Assembly (NCBI GenBank): GCA_029245065.1
Contig: JAQWQB010000051.1
Span: 1-37,065, forward strand
DNA from: Flavobacteriales bacterium
GTDB taxonomy: Bacteria > Bacteroidota > Bacteroidia > Flavobacteriales_D > Sanyastnellaceae
DNA: 37,065 nucleotides
Direction of reading: 5' to 3'
Below are positions 18,145-27,725 of the stretch, in pieces (the stretch's first letter is position 1; each line of letters begins with the position of its first letter). The notes beneath the pieces are model-generated. The model saw nothing but the letters and a program-made list of their open reading frames with translations. It was not told the DNA's origin and did no database searches. Position numbers and translations under genes: made by a program.

Positions 18145-19258
18145 GCTCTTGTAAAACAACAGTTAAGCGTTTCAATACCTCCTTATTCGAAAACCGGGAG
18201 ATGGCTGAGTCTTGTGCCTTCTTTCCCATAGCCTGTCGTGTTTCGGCATTTTCCAGGAGCAATTGCATTCCTTCAGTAAACTGTTCTTGGTTTTCAGGCT
18301 CATAGAGCACACCAAATTCTCCAAAACCTAGAAGTTCTGGGGTTCCGCTACTATTGGTGCCAATAACCGGTAATCCGGAGGCCATGGCTTCAATGGTCAC
18401 CATCCCAAATGTTTCGCCAACAGAAGTCATGGCGAAAATATCCAATGCAGCAAAGGCATTCTCTACGTCAGACTGAAACGGCAGGAAATGAACTTTTTCG
18501 TCCGTTTTCAATGTTCGGGTAAGTTCTTTCAGTTGATCCAAATAGGCGTCACCTTCATTTTTGGTAGGTTCACCGATAATTGCAAGATGAACGTCAAATC
18601 CGTTATTGAGCAACTCAGCATGGCATCGAATCAGAAACGCTTGTCCTTTCAAGGGATCAATGCGGCCGATGTTTCCAAGCAAAACGGCTTTTTCAGGTAA
18701 TCCTAGTCGACTTCTAATGGCAGCTTGGTCTTTTGACTCAACAAATTTGGAAGTATCCAAGGCCAAAGGAATGACCCTGATGCGTGAAGGAGGGAAGTTG
18801 GTCATCGCCTTCACTTGATCTGCTAAAAATTGCAAGGGCGAAACCCAGATGTCAATGCGTTTGAACCTACTGGTATGAATGAAGTCTTTCTTCTTCACAC
18901 CAAGCTGCATTGCTTGCTGATAAACCAGTTTGACCTTTTGCTTACTAATCGCTTTGGCATTGCCGCATACCGACATATCTCGGGTGTCTCGTATCCACAG
19001 CACATCTATTTGGTGCTCTTCAAAACGCTTGGCAAGTCGGTAACTGTTGATGATGTCTCCGTACTTTTTATGCCGTTGAATCAGCTGCACTGTCAAACAA
19101 GAAGTCAAGCTCTCTTTGTGCAAAGGAGAACCTTCAACGCACCACAGCGATACCGCTTCGCCCTGTGAATTAAACCACTTCGCGAAACGTAAAACATTCA
19201 TTTCCAGTCCACCCCAAGAGGTAGAGCTACAAAGAAAGGCAATGTTGATTGGGTTCAT
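18110..19258 (-). CDS. Glycosyltransferase family 4 (GT-B fold)
   Basis: GT4 core: MNPINIAFLCSSTSWGGLEMNV...; ...FGMVTIEAMASGLPVIGTNSSGTPEL (EX7E region). Length 382 aa. Confidence 0.8.
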   Translation of the reverse strand: MNPINIAFLCSSTSWGGLEMNVLRFAKWFNSQGEAVSLWCVEGSPLHKESLTSCLTVQLIQRHKKYGDIINSYRLAKRFEEHQIDVLWIRDTRDMSVCGNAKAISKQKVKLVYQQAMQLGVKKKDFIHTSRFKRIDIWVSPLQFLADQVKAMTNFPPSRIRVIPLALDTSKFVESKDQAAIRSRLGLPEKAVLLGNIGRIDPLKGQAFLIRCHAELLNNGFDVHLAIIGEPTKNEGDAYLDQLKELTRTLKTDEKVHFLPFQSDVENAFAALDIFAMTSVGETFGMVTIEAMASGLPVIGTNSSGTPELLGFGEFGVLYEPENQEQFTEGMQLLLENAETRQAMGKKAQDSAISRFSNKEVLKRLTVVLQELTDKKNQTPQA

Positions 19259-19884
19259 TCGGGATTTTGGGCGTAGTACTCTTCGAGGAATTCAACTGAC
19301 TCAATAAACTCAGTGGAGATATGCAAGCCATCTGAAGCAATGCCTTCGCCACCATAGAAAATAGAAGTGATGTGTTTGTCCAAGACCAAGGCGAAATTTC
19401 CTCCTGCTCGCAAGGATAGCAAGTTGCTCATTTTACTTGATGATGTCCCATCAAACGGGATAAGCACCTCGTACGGGCTAGCATCTTTGTTGACCGTTAG
19501 TGGTCTGGCTGCCGTTGAAAACAAGACCTTATCCAAACGATGAACTAAGCACCACGTATCTTTCGGCTTAGCTCGATGGAAAAAGGCAGCGTTTCTTGGT
19601 AGAACGATTTCCCACAACTCCATTGGAAGTAGGTTGATTGTGGCCGTTGAAGATTCTGTGATGTAGTAAATTCCATCTTCTAGGTTGGCCGCATTTGACT
19701 TGTACGTAGTTGACAAACTGTCCAGTTTTCGTGCGTTATAGGTATGCGGACCTTCTTGGACTGTTTTTGCAGGTATTAGTCCTTGTTCCTGAACTTCAGT
19801 ATCCTGTTGATCAACGGTGATTGGAGTATCAGTGTCACAGGCAAAGAAAAGTACGAGGGCGATAATAGGAAAGATGTATTTCAT
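19255..19884 (-). CDS. Hypothetical Cys-lipoprotein
   Basis: Lipoprotein signal MKYIFPIIALVLFFAC. It overlaps the flanking genes by 4 nt on each side, which implies operon membership. Confidence 0.55.
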   Translation of the reverse strand: MKYIFPIIALVLFFACDTDTPITVDQQDTEVQEQGLIPAKTVQEGPHTYNARKLDSLSTTYKSNAANLEDGIYYITESSTATINLLPMELWEIVLPRNAAFFHRAKPKDTWCLVHRLDKVLFSTAARPLTVNKDASPYEVLIPFDGTSSSKMSNLLSLRAGGNFALVLDKHITSIFYGGEGIASDGLHISTEFIESVEFLEEYYAQNPE

Positions 19885-20609
19885 GATAGTGCGTTACTAG
19901 GTCTGACAATAATTTCGCTGATTACAGCATTCGGTGGTGTTTCAATGGCAAATATAATCTGATCCGCAATAAGTGAAGCGGTCATGCCTGCCTCGAAATA
20001 CGGCTTGTAATCTTTTAGTAAGTCTGAATTGCTTGTTTGATCAATGAACTCAGTATTTACTTGTCCCGGACTAATGGTGGTTACGTGCAAGTCATTGGCG
20101 TGTTCAATGCGAAGTGCTTCCGAGATAGCTAAGACGGCATGCTTTGTAGCGCAGTATACACCAGAATTTGCAAAAACATTGTGTGAAGCGACCGACCCTA
20201 GGTTGATGATGTGGCCTTTGGATTCAATCAAGTGAGGCAGGGCGCTATGTATGCAACTGAGTAATCCTTTGATGTTGATGTCAATCATTGTGTGCCAATC
20301 AGAAAGTTTGGCCTCGATAAGCGGGTCGAAAACGCCCATTCCTGCATTGTTGATGAGTACATCTACGCCACCAAAAGACTGCACACAACGTTCAACCATG
20401 GCAGACACTTGCGCATCGTCGCTCACATCGCATGAGATGAATTGTACGTTTTCTGGATAGCGTTCACAGAGCTCTTCAAGCGCCTCAGTTCTTCTCGCAG
20501 AAACAACGAGTTGATGGCCTTTAGCGGCTAGTTTTTCGGCTGTTGCCTTGCCAATACCGCTACTGGCACCGGTAATGATGATTCTTTTCAAAGGGAAAAT
20601 TTTTCTCAA
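19881..20609 (-). CDS. SDR-family short-chain dehydrogenase/reductase
   Basis: Rossmann motif IITGASSGIGKATAEKL. The catalytic YxxxK lies in VYCATKHAV, and NNAG is present. Confidence 0.9.
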   Translation of the reverse strand: MRKIFPLKRIIITGASSGIGKATAEKLAAKGHQLVVSARRTEALEELCERYPENVQFISCDVSDDAQVSAMVERCVQSFGGVDVLINNAGMGVFDPLIEAKLSDWHTMIDINIKGLLSCIHSALPHLIESKGHIINLGSVASHNVFANSGVYCATKHAVLAISEALRIEHANDLHVTTISPGQVNTEFIDQTSNSDLLKDYKPYFEAGMTASLIADQIIFAIETPPNAVISEIIVRPSNALS

Positions 20610-20630
20610 AGGTAAGTAGTAAATCAGCGA

Positions 20631-21650
20631 TCAATCATATTGCTGAAAATAACGTTGAATGACTTGTTCACCTGGTTTGTTTTGGGGTGTGAAGCGATTG
20701 TCATCTGAACCTCCCGCTTTGGTGTATTCAGGGAACCATTTCCATACAAATCCTCCAGCGAACCAAGGCTGGTCCCACACTTCAGTAAAAACGGCTTCCA
20801 AGGCAATTGCTTGAGCTTGTAAGTTTACATCATCACTTTTTCCTGTTTCCCATGGTTTGTCAGCGCAGAAATTAGTGCTCCGGTATCCCCATTCCATAAA
20901 GAGAAAGGGTTTGTCATATTCCTTCGACATTTTTTCAAGTTTCCGGCAAATCGGATACCATGCCCGTTGTAATTCCTTCGCAGTAGGAGTTTCAGAACTA
21001 CTTAGAGGAAAGTAGGCGTCTACTCCTATGTAATCCAATTCATTCCAAAAAGGCATGCGCGTGTAACTGTCCCAGTTGGCCGCATAGGTGAGCTTTCCTT
21101 TGTAAACGTCACGTACAGATTTGATCAAGGATGACCAATATTCCGGACGTTCTTCAGCAAACGCGCAAAGTTCAGTGCCAATGCAAAAAACAGGGAGGTG
21201 GTACTTTTCGCTCAGCTTCGCGAAGATCATAATGAACTTGGTGTAATCTGCTTCAAATAGTTCCCAGTCAGCGTTGTTGTCGTAAGTATGATGTCCAGTG
21301 AAACTGCCGTGGTTAAACCACAATTGCGGTTTAATAATCACTTTCATTCCTTTGGCTTGTGCCTGTTGAATGCATGATTCAACTCCTTTGGCGCTCTCTC
21401 CCCACCATTGCCAATCTAAGTTTTCAAATGTCAAATGCGCTTCAGATGCCCTTCCGTAGCCAAATGGCATAAGCGTAATTGAATTCGCATTGATATCAAT
21501 GACCTTTTCCAATGCTTCAGGACTAATAGGCTTCGGATTTCCCACGAAAGAAACACCATTGAATTTTTCGGCAACTGCAGGAGAAGTCGTCTGGGCTTCG
21601 CAAGAACCTAGCACCAAGGCAATAAAGAAGAACAGGAAGGTTTTTTTCAT
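20631..21650 (-). CDS. TIM-barrel glycoside-hydrolase-like lipoprotein (clan GH-A-like, family uncertain)
   Basis: Lipoprotein signal MKKTFLFFFIALVLGSC. Candidate catalytic Glu residues sit in IGTELC and FMEWGY, with aromatic-rich beta-strand ends typical of (beta/alpha)8 glycosidases. I cannot assign the family without a search. Confidence 0.55.
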   Translation of the reverse strand: MKKTFLFFFIALVLGSCEAQTTSPAVAEKFNGVSFVGNPKPISPEALEKVIDINANSITLMPFGYGRASEAHLTFENLDWQWWGESAKGVESCIQQAQAKGMKVIIKPQLWFNHGSFTGHHTYDNNADWELFEADYTKFIMIFAKLSEKYHLPVFCIGTELCAFAEERPEYWSSLIKSVRDVYKGKLTYAANWDSYTRMPFWNELDYIGVDAYFPLSSSETPTAKELQRAWYPICRKLEKMSKEYDKPFLFMEWGYRSTNFCADKPWETGKSDDVNLQAQAIALEAVFTEVWDQPWFAGGFVWKWFPEYTKAGGSDDNRFTPQNKPGEQVIQRYFQQYD

Positions 21651-23152
21651 TGGATGACAATTCGTTCGGTGGTAATTCCGTCAGCGTTGAAAATAGTGAG
21701 GGTATATAGTCCAGGTCCCAATTCAGGTAGTTGAATGCGTTCTTCATCCAACGTAGACGAATGAACGGTCTTGCCAGTAATGTCCCGTAGTTCAATTTTG
21801 TCTGTAGCAATTTGACTCCGAATGTAGATGGGTTCGCCTGACATCACTGGAGAAGGGAACACCGCGGTGCGTTTACCGTTGAGTTCGTTCACGTTTTCTC
21901 CACAAACAAGGTTGATCTCAACAGCGGTAAATACTTCTTCCTCGAGTGTGTAGAAGGCAGAGTAGTCGCCAAAGCTAAAGCCATCCCACGAGCCATTGGT
22001 CAAAAAGATCACTCCGCTTTGTGCGTCTTTGTCAAAGTACCAGTCTGAGATCAACCCGTAGGCTTCTCCTGGGTGACCTAAAAACGGCAAATTACTCTCT
22101 GGGAAAACGATGTCACCATTTGCCGTATTGGTGACGGCTTGGATTCCGAGTCCCCACGAATTAAATAAGTTGTAATAGTTGTCGCCATTGCTGCCATTGT
22201 AAGTCCAAACAGGGGTGTGCATCAGCTGCATCGTTTCGGTAGGAATAAGTTGTGTCCCTGTTTGAGTGTCGTATCCTTCATTCATATGAAGCAATGCCAA
22301 ACGAGCGAGTTCAAGGGTGCTAATTCTCAATCCACCCTGCGGAGCAAAGCGAAGTCCGTTCGACCCGGGCGTGTAGTCAGACAAATCAACAGGCTCAGGA
22401 ACTTCTCCTTGGTAGTTATCTACTTGGGCAGTCCATCCACCTTGGTTTCGGTACAATGCGGCCAAGTTGGCGATGTCTTGTAAATTTTCAACGTTGTAAG
22501 AAGCATCCATTTGCAGTGGGGCGAAGAACTGTTCGTCCATGTAGGTGTCAAATCGCTGGCCACTAATGGCTTCAATGAGCGTTGCTACCAATCCGTAATT
22601 CAAATTACTGTAGGCGAAATAGGTTCCTGGTTCTTCGGTACGGAACATGTTCGAAGTGTAGTAATCCCCATCTTCGTCTAGCAACCCTTGCAAGCTGGGC
22701 AAATCTGGCGATGAAGAATACGTCGCTGAAAGAAAGCCGTTGTAGCCATCTCCGTCTTGTATACTGCTTGTGTGCGAAAGAACATGGGCAATGGTAATGG
22801 GCGTATTAGGGAAATTTGGGTTTCGAACCAAGAAACCGAGGTGTTCACTTATGTCATCATCGAAACTGAAGTCCAGTTGTGACTTAAGCAGCATCATTCC
22901 AGTTGCTGTAATGGACTTAGAAATGGAAGCAATTCGGAACTTCGTTTCGTCATCAATGGGAAGCTGGTTGTCATAATCTTTCAAACCTGCGTGGTAAACG
23001 TCGTCAATTTCGCCTCCACAAATGGTGATGACAGAAATTCCCATCAAATTATAATCGTCATAAATAGCCTCTAAGTCTTCACTTAAGTTTTGAGCAAATG
23101 AATTGAGGCTTAGAAAAAAGAGGGCTTGAAGAGCTATTAGTTTAAGCGCCAT
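21647..23152 (-). CDS. Beta-lactamase-family serine hydrolase with a T9SS type-A C-terminal domain
   Basis: Signal peptide. S-x-x-K motif (ASISKSITATG) and a YSN motif. The C-terminus is ...LPELGPGLYTLTIFNADGITTERIVIQ. Confidence 0.8.
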   Translation of the reverse strand: MALKLIALQALFFLSLNSFAQNLSEDLEAIYDDYNLMGISVITICGGEIDDVYHAGLKDYDNQLPIDDETKFRIASISKSITATGMMLLKSQLDFSFDDDISEHLGFLVRNPNFPNTPITIAHVLSHTSSIQDGDGYNGFLSATYSSSPDLPSLQGLLDEDGDYYTSNMFRTEEPGTYFAYSNLNYGLVATLIEAISGQRFDTYMDEQFFAPLQMDASYNVENLQDIANLAALYRNQGGWTAQVDNYQGEVPEPVDLSDYTPGSNGLRFAPQGGLRISTLELARLALLHMNEGYDTQTGTQLIPTETMQLMHTPVWTYNGSNGDNYYNLFNSWGLGIQAVTNTANGDIVFPESNLPFLGHPGEAYGLISDWYFDKDAQSGVIFLTNGSWDGFSFGDYSAFYTLEEEVFTAVEINLVCGENVNELNGKRTAVFPSPVMSGEPIYIRSQIATDKIELRDITGKTVHSSTLDEERIQLPELGPGLYTLTIFNADGITTERIVIQ

Positions 23153-23520
23153 GGTACTTCGAGTAAGAAAAGTGGGATTTCAATGAAAAGAACCTCTTTG
23201 GTAGAAGAGTCTTCCATCATGTAATGTCCAGACATAGAACCGAATGTTGATTTCAAATCACATCCAGAAACATACGTGTGCGAACCATTCGGACCAATAA
23301 CTGGCTGCTCACCGATAACGCCTTCGCCTTCAACGGTGCGAATTTGTCCGTTGGAGTCTGTAATGACCCACCTTCTGCGCAGCAGTTGTACGTTTTTGTC
23401 GCTGTTATTTTGAATGGTAATTCGGTACGCGAATAAGTAACCATCCCGATTGCCTGAAGTATCGCTCTGGTATTGCACTGAAACCAAAACGGAAATGCCG
23501 TGTGTTGTTGCAATGTTCAT
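23137..23520 (-). CDS. apaG: ApaG (DUF525) protein
   Basis: YLFAYRITIQN...VQLLRRRWVITDSNGQIRTVEGEGVIGEQPVIGPNG...SGHYMMED aligns closely with E. coli ApaG. Confidence 0.88.
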   Translation of the reverse strand: MNIATTHGISVLVSVQYQSDTSGNRDGYLFAYRITIQNNSDKNVQLLRRRWVITDSNGQIRTVEGEGVIGEQPVIGPNGSHTYVSGCDLKSTFGSMSGHYMMEDSSTKEVLFIEIPLFLLEVPWRLN

Positions 23521-23584
23521 ATCCCCACCAAGATACTCAATGCACAGGAGTACACTGAAATTTCTTGTTAAAGATTATAAACAC

Positions 23585-24055
23585 TTAAATTGAAATTCGT
23601 CCTTTTTCGTCAAACGAGATGTGGTCCATTTTTTTCTGAGGAATCAACTGCAGGGAAACCGCATCTGGACGCGTGTTTTTCGTTCTTCCACTTAGCAGGC
23701 ATCCGTTAAATCTTCGAAGCAACTGCAGTCCTTGTTTATCGTAAATAACGCGGAACGAAATCGACGGTAACTCAAGCAGGGAAGAGGGAAGAGCTCTCTT
23801 CGGTTGAAACGAAAGCTGTAAATTCTCCTGTTCTAAGTCAAGTAAATCCCAAGCAGCATCTGGCAAGTCTGCAGTGAAGTGTTCAATTTTCTCTGGCCGA
23901 TCAACTAGAACCTCTATCGCTTCATTTCTGGAAAGGAAAGCAACTAGTTCGTCTGTTTGACGTACTATTATTAGTTCCCCTGTTGCGTTGCTGCTGGAAT
24001 AAGAAACGTACCTTTCTTCTTTGAGTACTTTGATGACAGAATCCATGGTGCTCAC
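23585..24055 (-). CDS. Hypothetical protein
   Basis: 156-aa ORF with ordinary codon usage. No motif I recognise. It is divergently transcribed from the T9SS type-B gene. Confidence 0.45.
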   Translation of the reverse strand: MSTMDSVIKVLKEERYVSYSSSNATGELIIVRQTDELVAFLSRNEAIEVLVDRPEKIEHFTADLPDAAWDLLDLEQENLQLSFQPKRALPSSLLELPSISFRVIYDKQGLQLLRRFNGCLLSGRTKNTRPDAVSLQLIPQKKMDHISFDEKGRISI

Positions 24056-24084
24056 TTTGGCTTTATTTTTGCAAACATCGGAGA

Positions 24085-26076
24085 ATGATGCAAATTTGCA
24101 CTATGATTAAGAATCTATTGGTCATTATTTTTATCACTAGCTTATCGCTATCCTTTCAACAGCAGTTGTTTGGTCAGTGCGATGCATGCCAGTATCAAGA
24201 AGAATTGGTGAACAATGGCGATTTTCAACTCGGCCCCTTTGGCTATACAACAGACTATACGCTTTCACTAAATAACGGCCCTTGGGGACTGTTAAGCAAC
24301 GAAGGAACATACGGTATTAGTCCGAACGCGAACTTCCTCCACGATAACTTTCAAGGCTTTGATCATACCAATCCAGGAACGGGGAATTTTATGGTCGTGA
24401 ATGGAGCAGCCGTTCCCAACACGAACGTTTGGTGTCAAAACATAGATGTTGAACCGAATACAGACTACGTGGTTTCTGGATGGTTTCGGAACGTAGATAC
24501 GAATCCGCAGAACAACACGTTCGGGAACCTTCAATTTCAAATAGATGGCGTGTCACAAGGGAATGCACTGTTGGCTGATGGTGACTGGGAGCAGATTACC
24601 TTCAATTGGAACTCTGGTGCCAGCGAAACCATAGAACTGTGTATTCTCAGTTTGCAAATTGAGCCCGGAGGAAACGATTTCGGGATAGATGACATCAGTC
24701 TAACCACATGCAAGGATTACAATGTACTTGGCATCGTGGAAGCGGGAGATAATTTCACGGTTTGCAGCGGTGAACAGTTTACGCTTGGATCAGGAGATTT
24801 GATCAACTTCACCTACGAGTGGACCGAAAATGGAGAAGTAGTTTCTTCGGAGGGTACGCCTGACTTCGTGATCAACAATGACGGAACGACTTCTGAAGTA
24901 TATCAATACGAAGTCATAGCAGACTCAGCCGGAACAGGATGTATCCAAACGGATGTGGTGGAAGTGGTCGTAAACCCCAATCCAGTTATATCGATTGGTG
25001 AAGACGTTATCATATGCGAAGGCGAAAGCGTCTTCTTGAACGCTGGCGATGAATGGGAAGAAGTCATTTGGTCTACCAATGAAGATACTTCGGTGATCTG
25101 GGTAGAAGAGGCGGGAACTTATTCAGTAAGTGTTACCAACCTTGGATGTACATCTAGTGATGAAGTCCTTGTAGAATCACCGGATTTACCAGAGATTGAC
25201 TTGGGACAAAACACGTCTATTTGTGAAGATGAAACCGCCGTTTTTTCAGTAACTGCAGAAGGTGTTTGGTCTGATGGTGAAACAGATTTAGACTACGAAA
25301 CAAGCACGGAAGAATGGGTGTGGTTCGAAGTGGAAGGGCTAGGATGTACCAAAAGAGATTCAGTGTATGTCACGGTCATTAATTATCCCAATGTTTCCAT
25401 AGAAGAAGAAATCACCCTTTGTCCGGGAGAACTATACACGTATACCATCCCGCAAGAAGGAACTTGGAACAACTCCACACAAAGTAACGAATACCAAATT
25501 AATGAACCCGGTGTGAATGTGGTCACTGTTGCCAACGAGCAATGTGCCATTGTGTTGGAAAGCGAGGTTTTCTACCTCCAATTGCCTGAAGTTGAACTGG
25601 GTGGAGACCAATTGCTGTGTACAAGAGATATTGTGGAGTTAGATGCCAGTGGGGCCTACAACGACAGTGTTATTTGGAACGACGGAAGCGAATTGTTCTT
25701 CCGAGAGATTACCATGTCCGGAATTTATGAAGTCATCACTTGGAACCAATGTGGTGAAGCCCGAGATGAAGTCGAATTGATTTTTGATAATTGTGACTAT
25801 GGCCTTTACATTCCAAATACATTCACACCAGATGGCGACGGGTTAAACGAAGTATGGCTTCCAATAACCTTGAACATTGAAGAATTTGAAGTCTTTGTGG
25901 TAAATAGGTGGGGCGAAGAAGTATTCAGAACAACCACGATAGGTGAAGGATGGAACGGCGCTCACCAAAAGAGCGGATACTATGTCCCAGATGGGGTGTA
26001 CTCTTACCGGGTTAAAGCCATTAGTGTGAAAGGTCAGGCCATTACTGAGTTCGGTCACATTCTGATTGTGCGATAA
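24085..26076 (+). CDS. T9SS type-B sorting-domain cargo protein (gliding-motility-associated C-terminal domain, TIGR04131). Multi-domain and adhesin-like.
   Basis: Signal peptide (a start at 24103, MIKNLLVIIF..., is also possible). N-terminal jelly-roll/CBM-like module ending GNDFGIDDISLTTC. Four to five diverged Ig-like repeats of about 85 aa (...ICEGESVFL...GTYSVSVTNLGCTSSDEV...). The C-terminus LYIPNTFTPDGDGLNEVW...GVYSYRVKA is the type-B (CHU_C) domain. Confidence 0.85.
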   Translation: MMQICTMIKNLLVIIFITSLSLSFQQQLFGQCDACQYQEELVNNGDFQLGPFGYTTDYTLSLNNGPWGLLSNEGTYGISPNANFLHDNFQGFDHTNPGTGNFMVVNGAAVPNTNVWCQNIDVEPNTDYVVSGWFRNVDTNPQNNTFGNLQFQIDGVSQGNALLADGDWEQITFNWNSGASETIELCILSLQIEPGGNDFGIDDISLTTCKDYNVLGIVEAGDNFTVCSGEQFTLGSGDLINFTYEWTENGEVVSSEGTPDFVINNDGTTSEVYQYEVIADSAGTGCIQTDVVEVVVNPNPVISIGEDVIICEGESVFLNAGDEWEEVIWSTNEDTSVIWVEEAGTYSVSVTNLGCTSSDEVLVESPDLPEIDLGQNTSICEDETAVFSVTAEGVWSDGETDLDYETSTEEWVWFEVEGLGCTKRDSVYVTVINYPNVSIEEEITLCPGELYTYTIPQEGTWNNSTQSNEYQINEPGVNVVTVANEQCAIVLESEVFYLQLPEVELGGDQLLCTRDIVELDASGAYNDSVIWNDGSELFFREITMSGIYEVITWNQCGEARDEVELIFDNCDYGLYIPNTFTPDGDGLNEVWLPITLNIEEFEVFVVNRWGEEVFRTTTIGEGWNGAHQKSGYYVPDGVYSYRVKAISVKGQAITEFGHILIVR

Positions 26077-27398
26077 TGATGAAGAACAGATTGTCTGCAC
26101 TTCCAATAGCTCTTGGGACAATCTTATTATTGGTGGTAGCCATTTGGAATGCGTTTCCACTGCTGTATGCTGATACCAGTACTTACCTCGTTTCTGGTTT
26201 TGAATTGGAAACACCTTTTGACCGACCCATTTCGTATGGGGTTCTACTACGAATCTTTTCCTTAAACGGACTACTCATTTGGTTAGTGCCATTGGTACAA
26301 TCAGCGTTGGTAGCTTGGTTGACGTTGCGTCTATTTCACACGAATGAAAACCCCAAGTTGAAATGGTTCGGCGTGTTGACACTACTGCTTTCGGTGGTCT
26401 TTTCAACGGCATCTTGGTATACTTCGCTATTGGTGCCAGATATCTTCACAGGGATCGGCGTATTGGCTTTAGCGAACCTATTCTTGAAGGAATGTAGCAA
26501 GGGCACCGCCATTCTTTTGTACACGGTTTTCACTGTTTCAGTAACAACGCACCTCGGACATATCAGTTATTTCTTGGCAGTGATTGTCTTGACTTCTGCC
26601 ATCAAACTTTTTGTGGGTAAGCACATTTTCGGTTCGTTTTCGTGGCGAAGGTTAGCGGTGGCAGGAGCATTAACGTTGCTCAGCATCGCGTCTATGGGGT
26701 CTGCGTTTGCCAAGGCTAGGAATGCTTTTTTCTTGGCAGCTATGCTGGAAAATGGTGTACTTGAGCCTTACTTGAACGAAGCATGTGAAACGCAAGAGTT
26801 AGCCATTTGTAAATACCAGGATGAACTTCCCCAAAAGGCGTGGGAATTCCTTTGGAAACCAAATTCTCCATTTGCCAAGATGGGTGGCTTCAAAGGAACA
26901 AGGGAAGAGTTCGGTGACATTGTGAGAGAAACGCTGACCACTCCAAAATACATTGGGTGGCACATGAAAGCTTCTGTGAAAGCAACTTACAGACAGGCCT
27001 ATACATTTGGTGTTGCAGATGGGACAGGGGCTTTTCGCGAAGGTTCAGAGTTGAACGAACGCATTCACAACTACCTACCGAATGCTGTTGAGAATTTTGA
27101 ATACAGCAGGCAGTACAAGGATCAATTAAAGGGAATGGTGAAGCTCAATAAGTTTTATGTGCTAACGACCATCATTTTTGCCTTGTTGGTCCTCGCCTGG
27201 CTCTTACGATGGAACAGGCTAGATCAGCAAACAAAGGGGCTCTTCGTTTTTCTATTAGGAGCGCTTTTGCTCAATGCGTGGGTCAGTGGAACGTTCGGTA
27301 ACGCCATTCCACGATTAGGAGGGAAAATGATTTGGATGCTTCCAGTGATTGCTATGCTCGGATTTCGAACACAGCTCTTAAAACCAGGGTCAAAGTAG
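26076..27398 (+). CDS. Polytopic inner-membrane protein of unknown function. It is translationally coupled to the upstream T9SS cargo gene.
   Basis: The start ATG overlaps the upstream TAA (TAATG). About six N-terminal TM helices, a soluble region of roughly 170 aa (LENGVLEPYLNEACETQELAICKYQDELPQKAWEF...), then two C-terminal TM helices. Confidence 0.6.
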   Translation: MMKNRLSALPIALGTILLLVVAIWNAFPLLYADTSTYLVSGFELETPFDRPISYGVLLRIFSLNGLLIWLVPLVQSALVAWLTLRLFHTNENPKLKWFGVLTLLLSVVFSTASWYTSLLVPDIFTGIGVLALANLFLKECSKGTAILLYTVFTVSVTTHLGHISYFLAVIVLTSAIKLFVGKHIFGSFSWRRLAVAGALTLLSIASMGSAFAKARNAFFLAAMLENGVLEPYLNEACETQELAICKYQDELPQKAWEFLWKPNSPFAKMGGFKGTREEFGDIVRETLTTPKYIGWHMKASVKATYRQAYTFGVADGTGAFREGSELNERIHNYLPNAVENFEYSRQYKDQLKGMVKLNKFYVLTTIIFALLVLAWLLRWNRLDQQTKGLFVFLLGALLLNAWVSGTFGNAIPRLGGKMIWMLPVIAMLGFRTQLLKPGSK

Positions 27399-27668
27399 TC
27401 GTTTAAGAATGCTTTCGAAGCCTCTTTCAATCATGCTAAAGTCTTCGTCTGCCTCAAATACTTCGTGTACTAGTTTTTTCAACTTCTCGTGATCTTCAGG
27501 CGTCTTCAGGTGTTCATCTTTGGCTTCTAATACTGCGTCAATGCGTTCTGCATCGTTACGCGTTTTGAATGCTTGCTTCACATCATGAAAGGAGTCACCC
27601 GCTTTCTTCTTGATCATCTTGCGTTCCGCAGGATCAATTTCAAGATTGGCCGAAGCTGCCATGAGCAT
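27390..27668 (-). CDS. Small hypothetical charged/helical protein
   Basis: 92-aa ORF 57 nt downstream of purC on the same strand. Lys/Glu-rich helical composition, no known motif. Confidence 0.4.
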   Translation of the reverse strand: MLMAASANLEIDPAERKMIKKKAGDSFHDVKQAFKTRNDAERIDAVLEAKDEHLKTPEDHEKLKKLVHEVFEADEDFSMIERGFESILKRLL

Positions 27669-27725
27669 AACAAAGGCTTGAAACTCTTTCTTACTCCAAT
27701 TTTTAGGTGACTTGATATCTATAAC

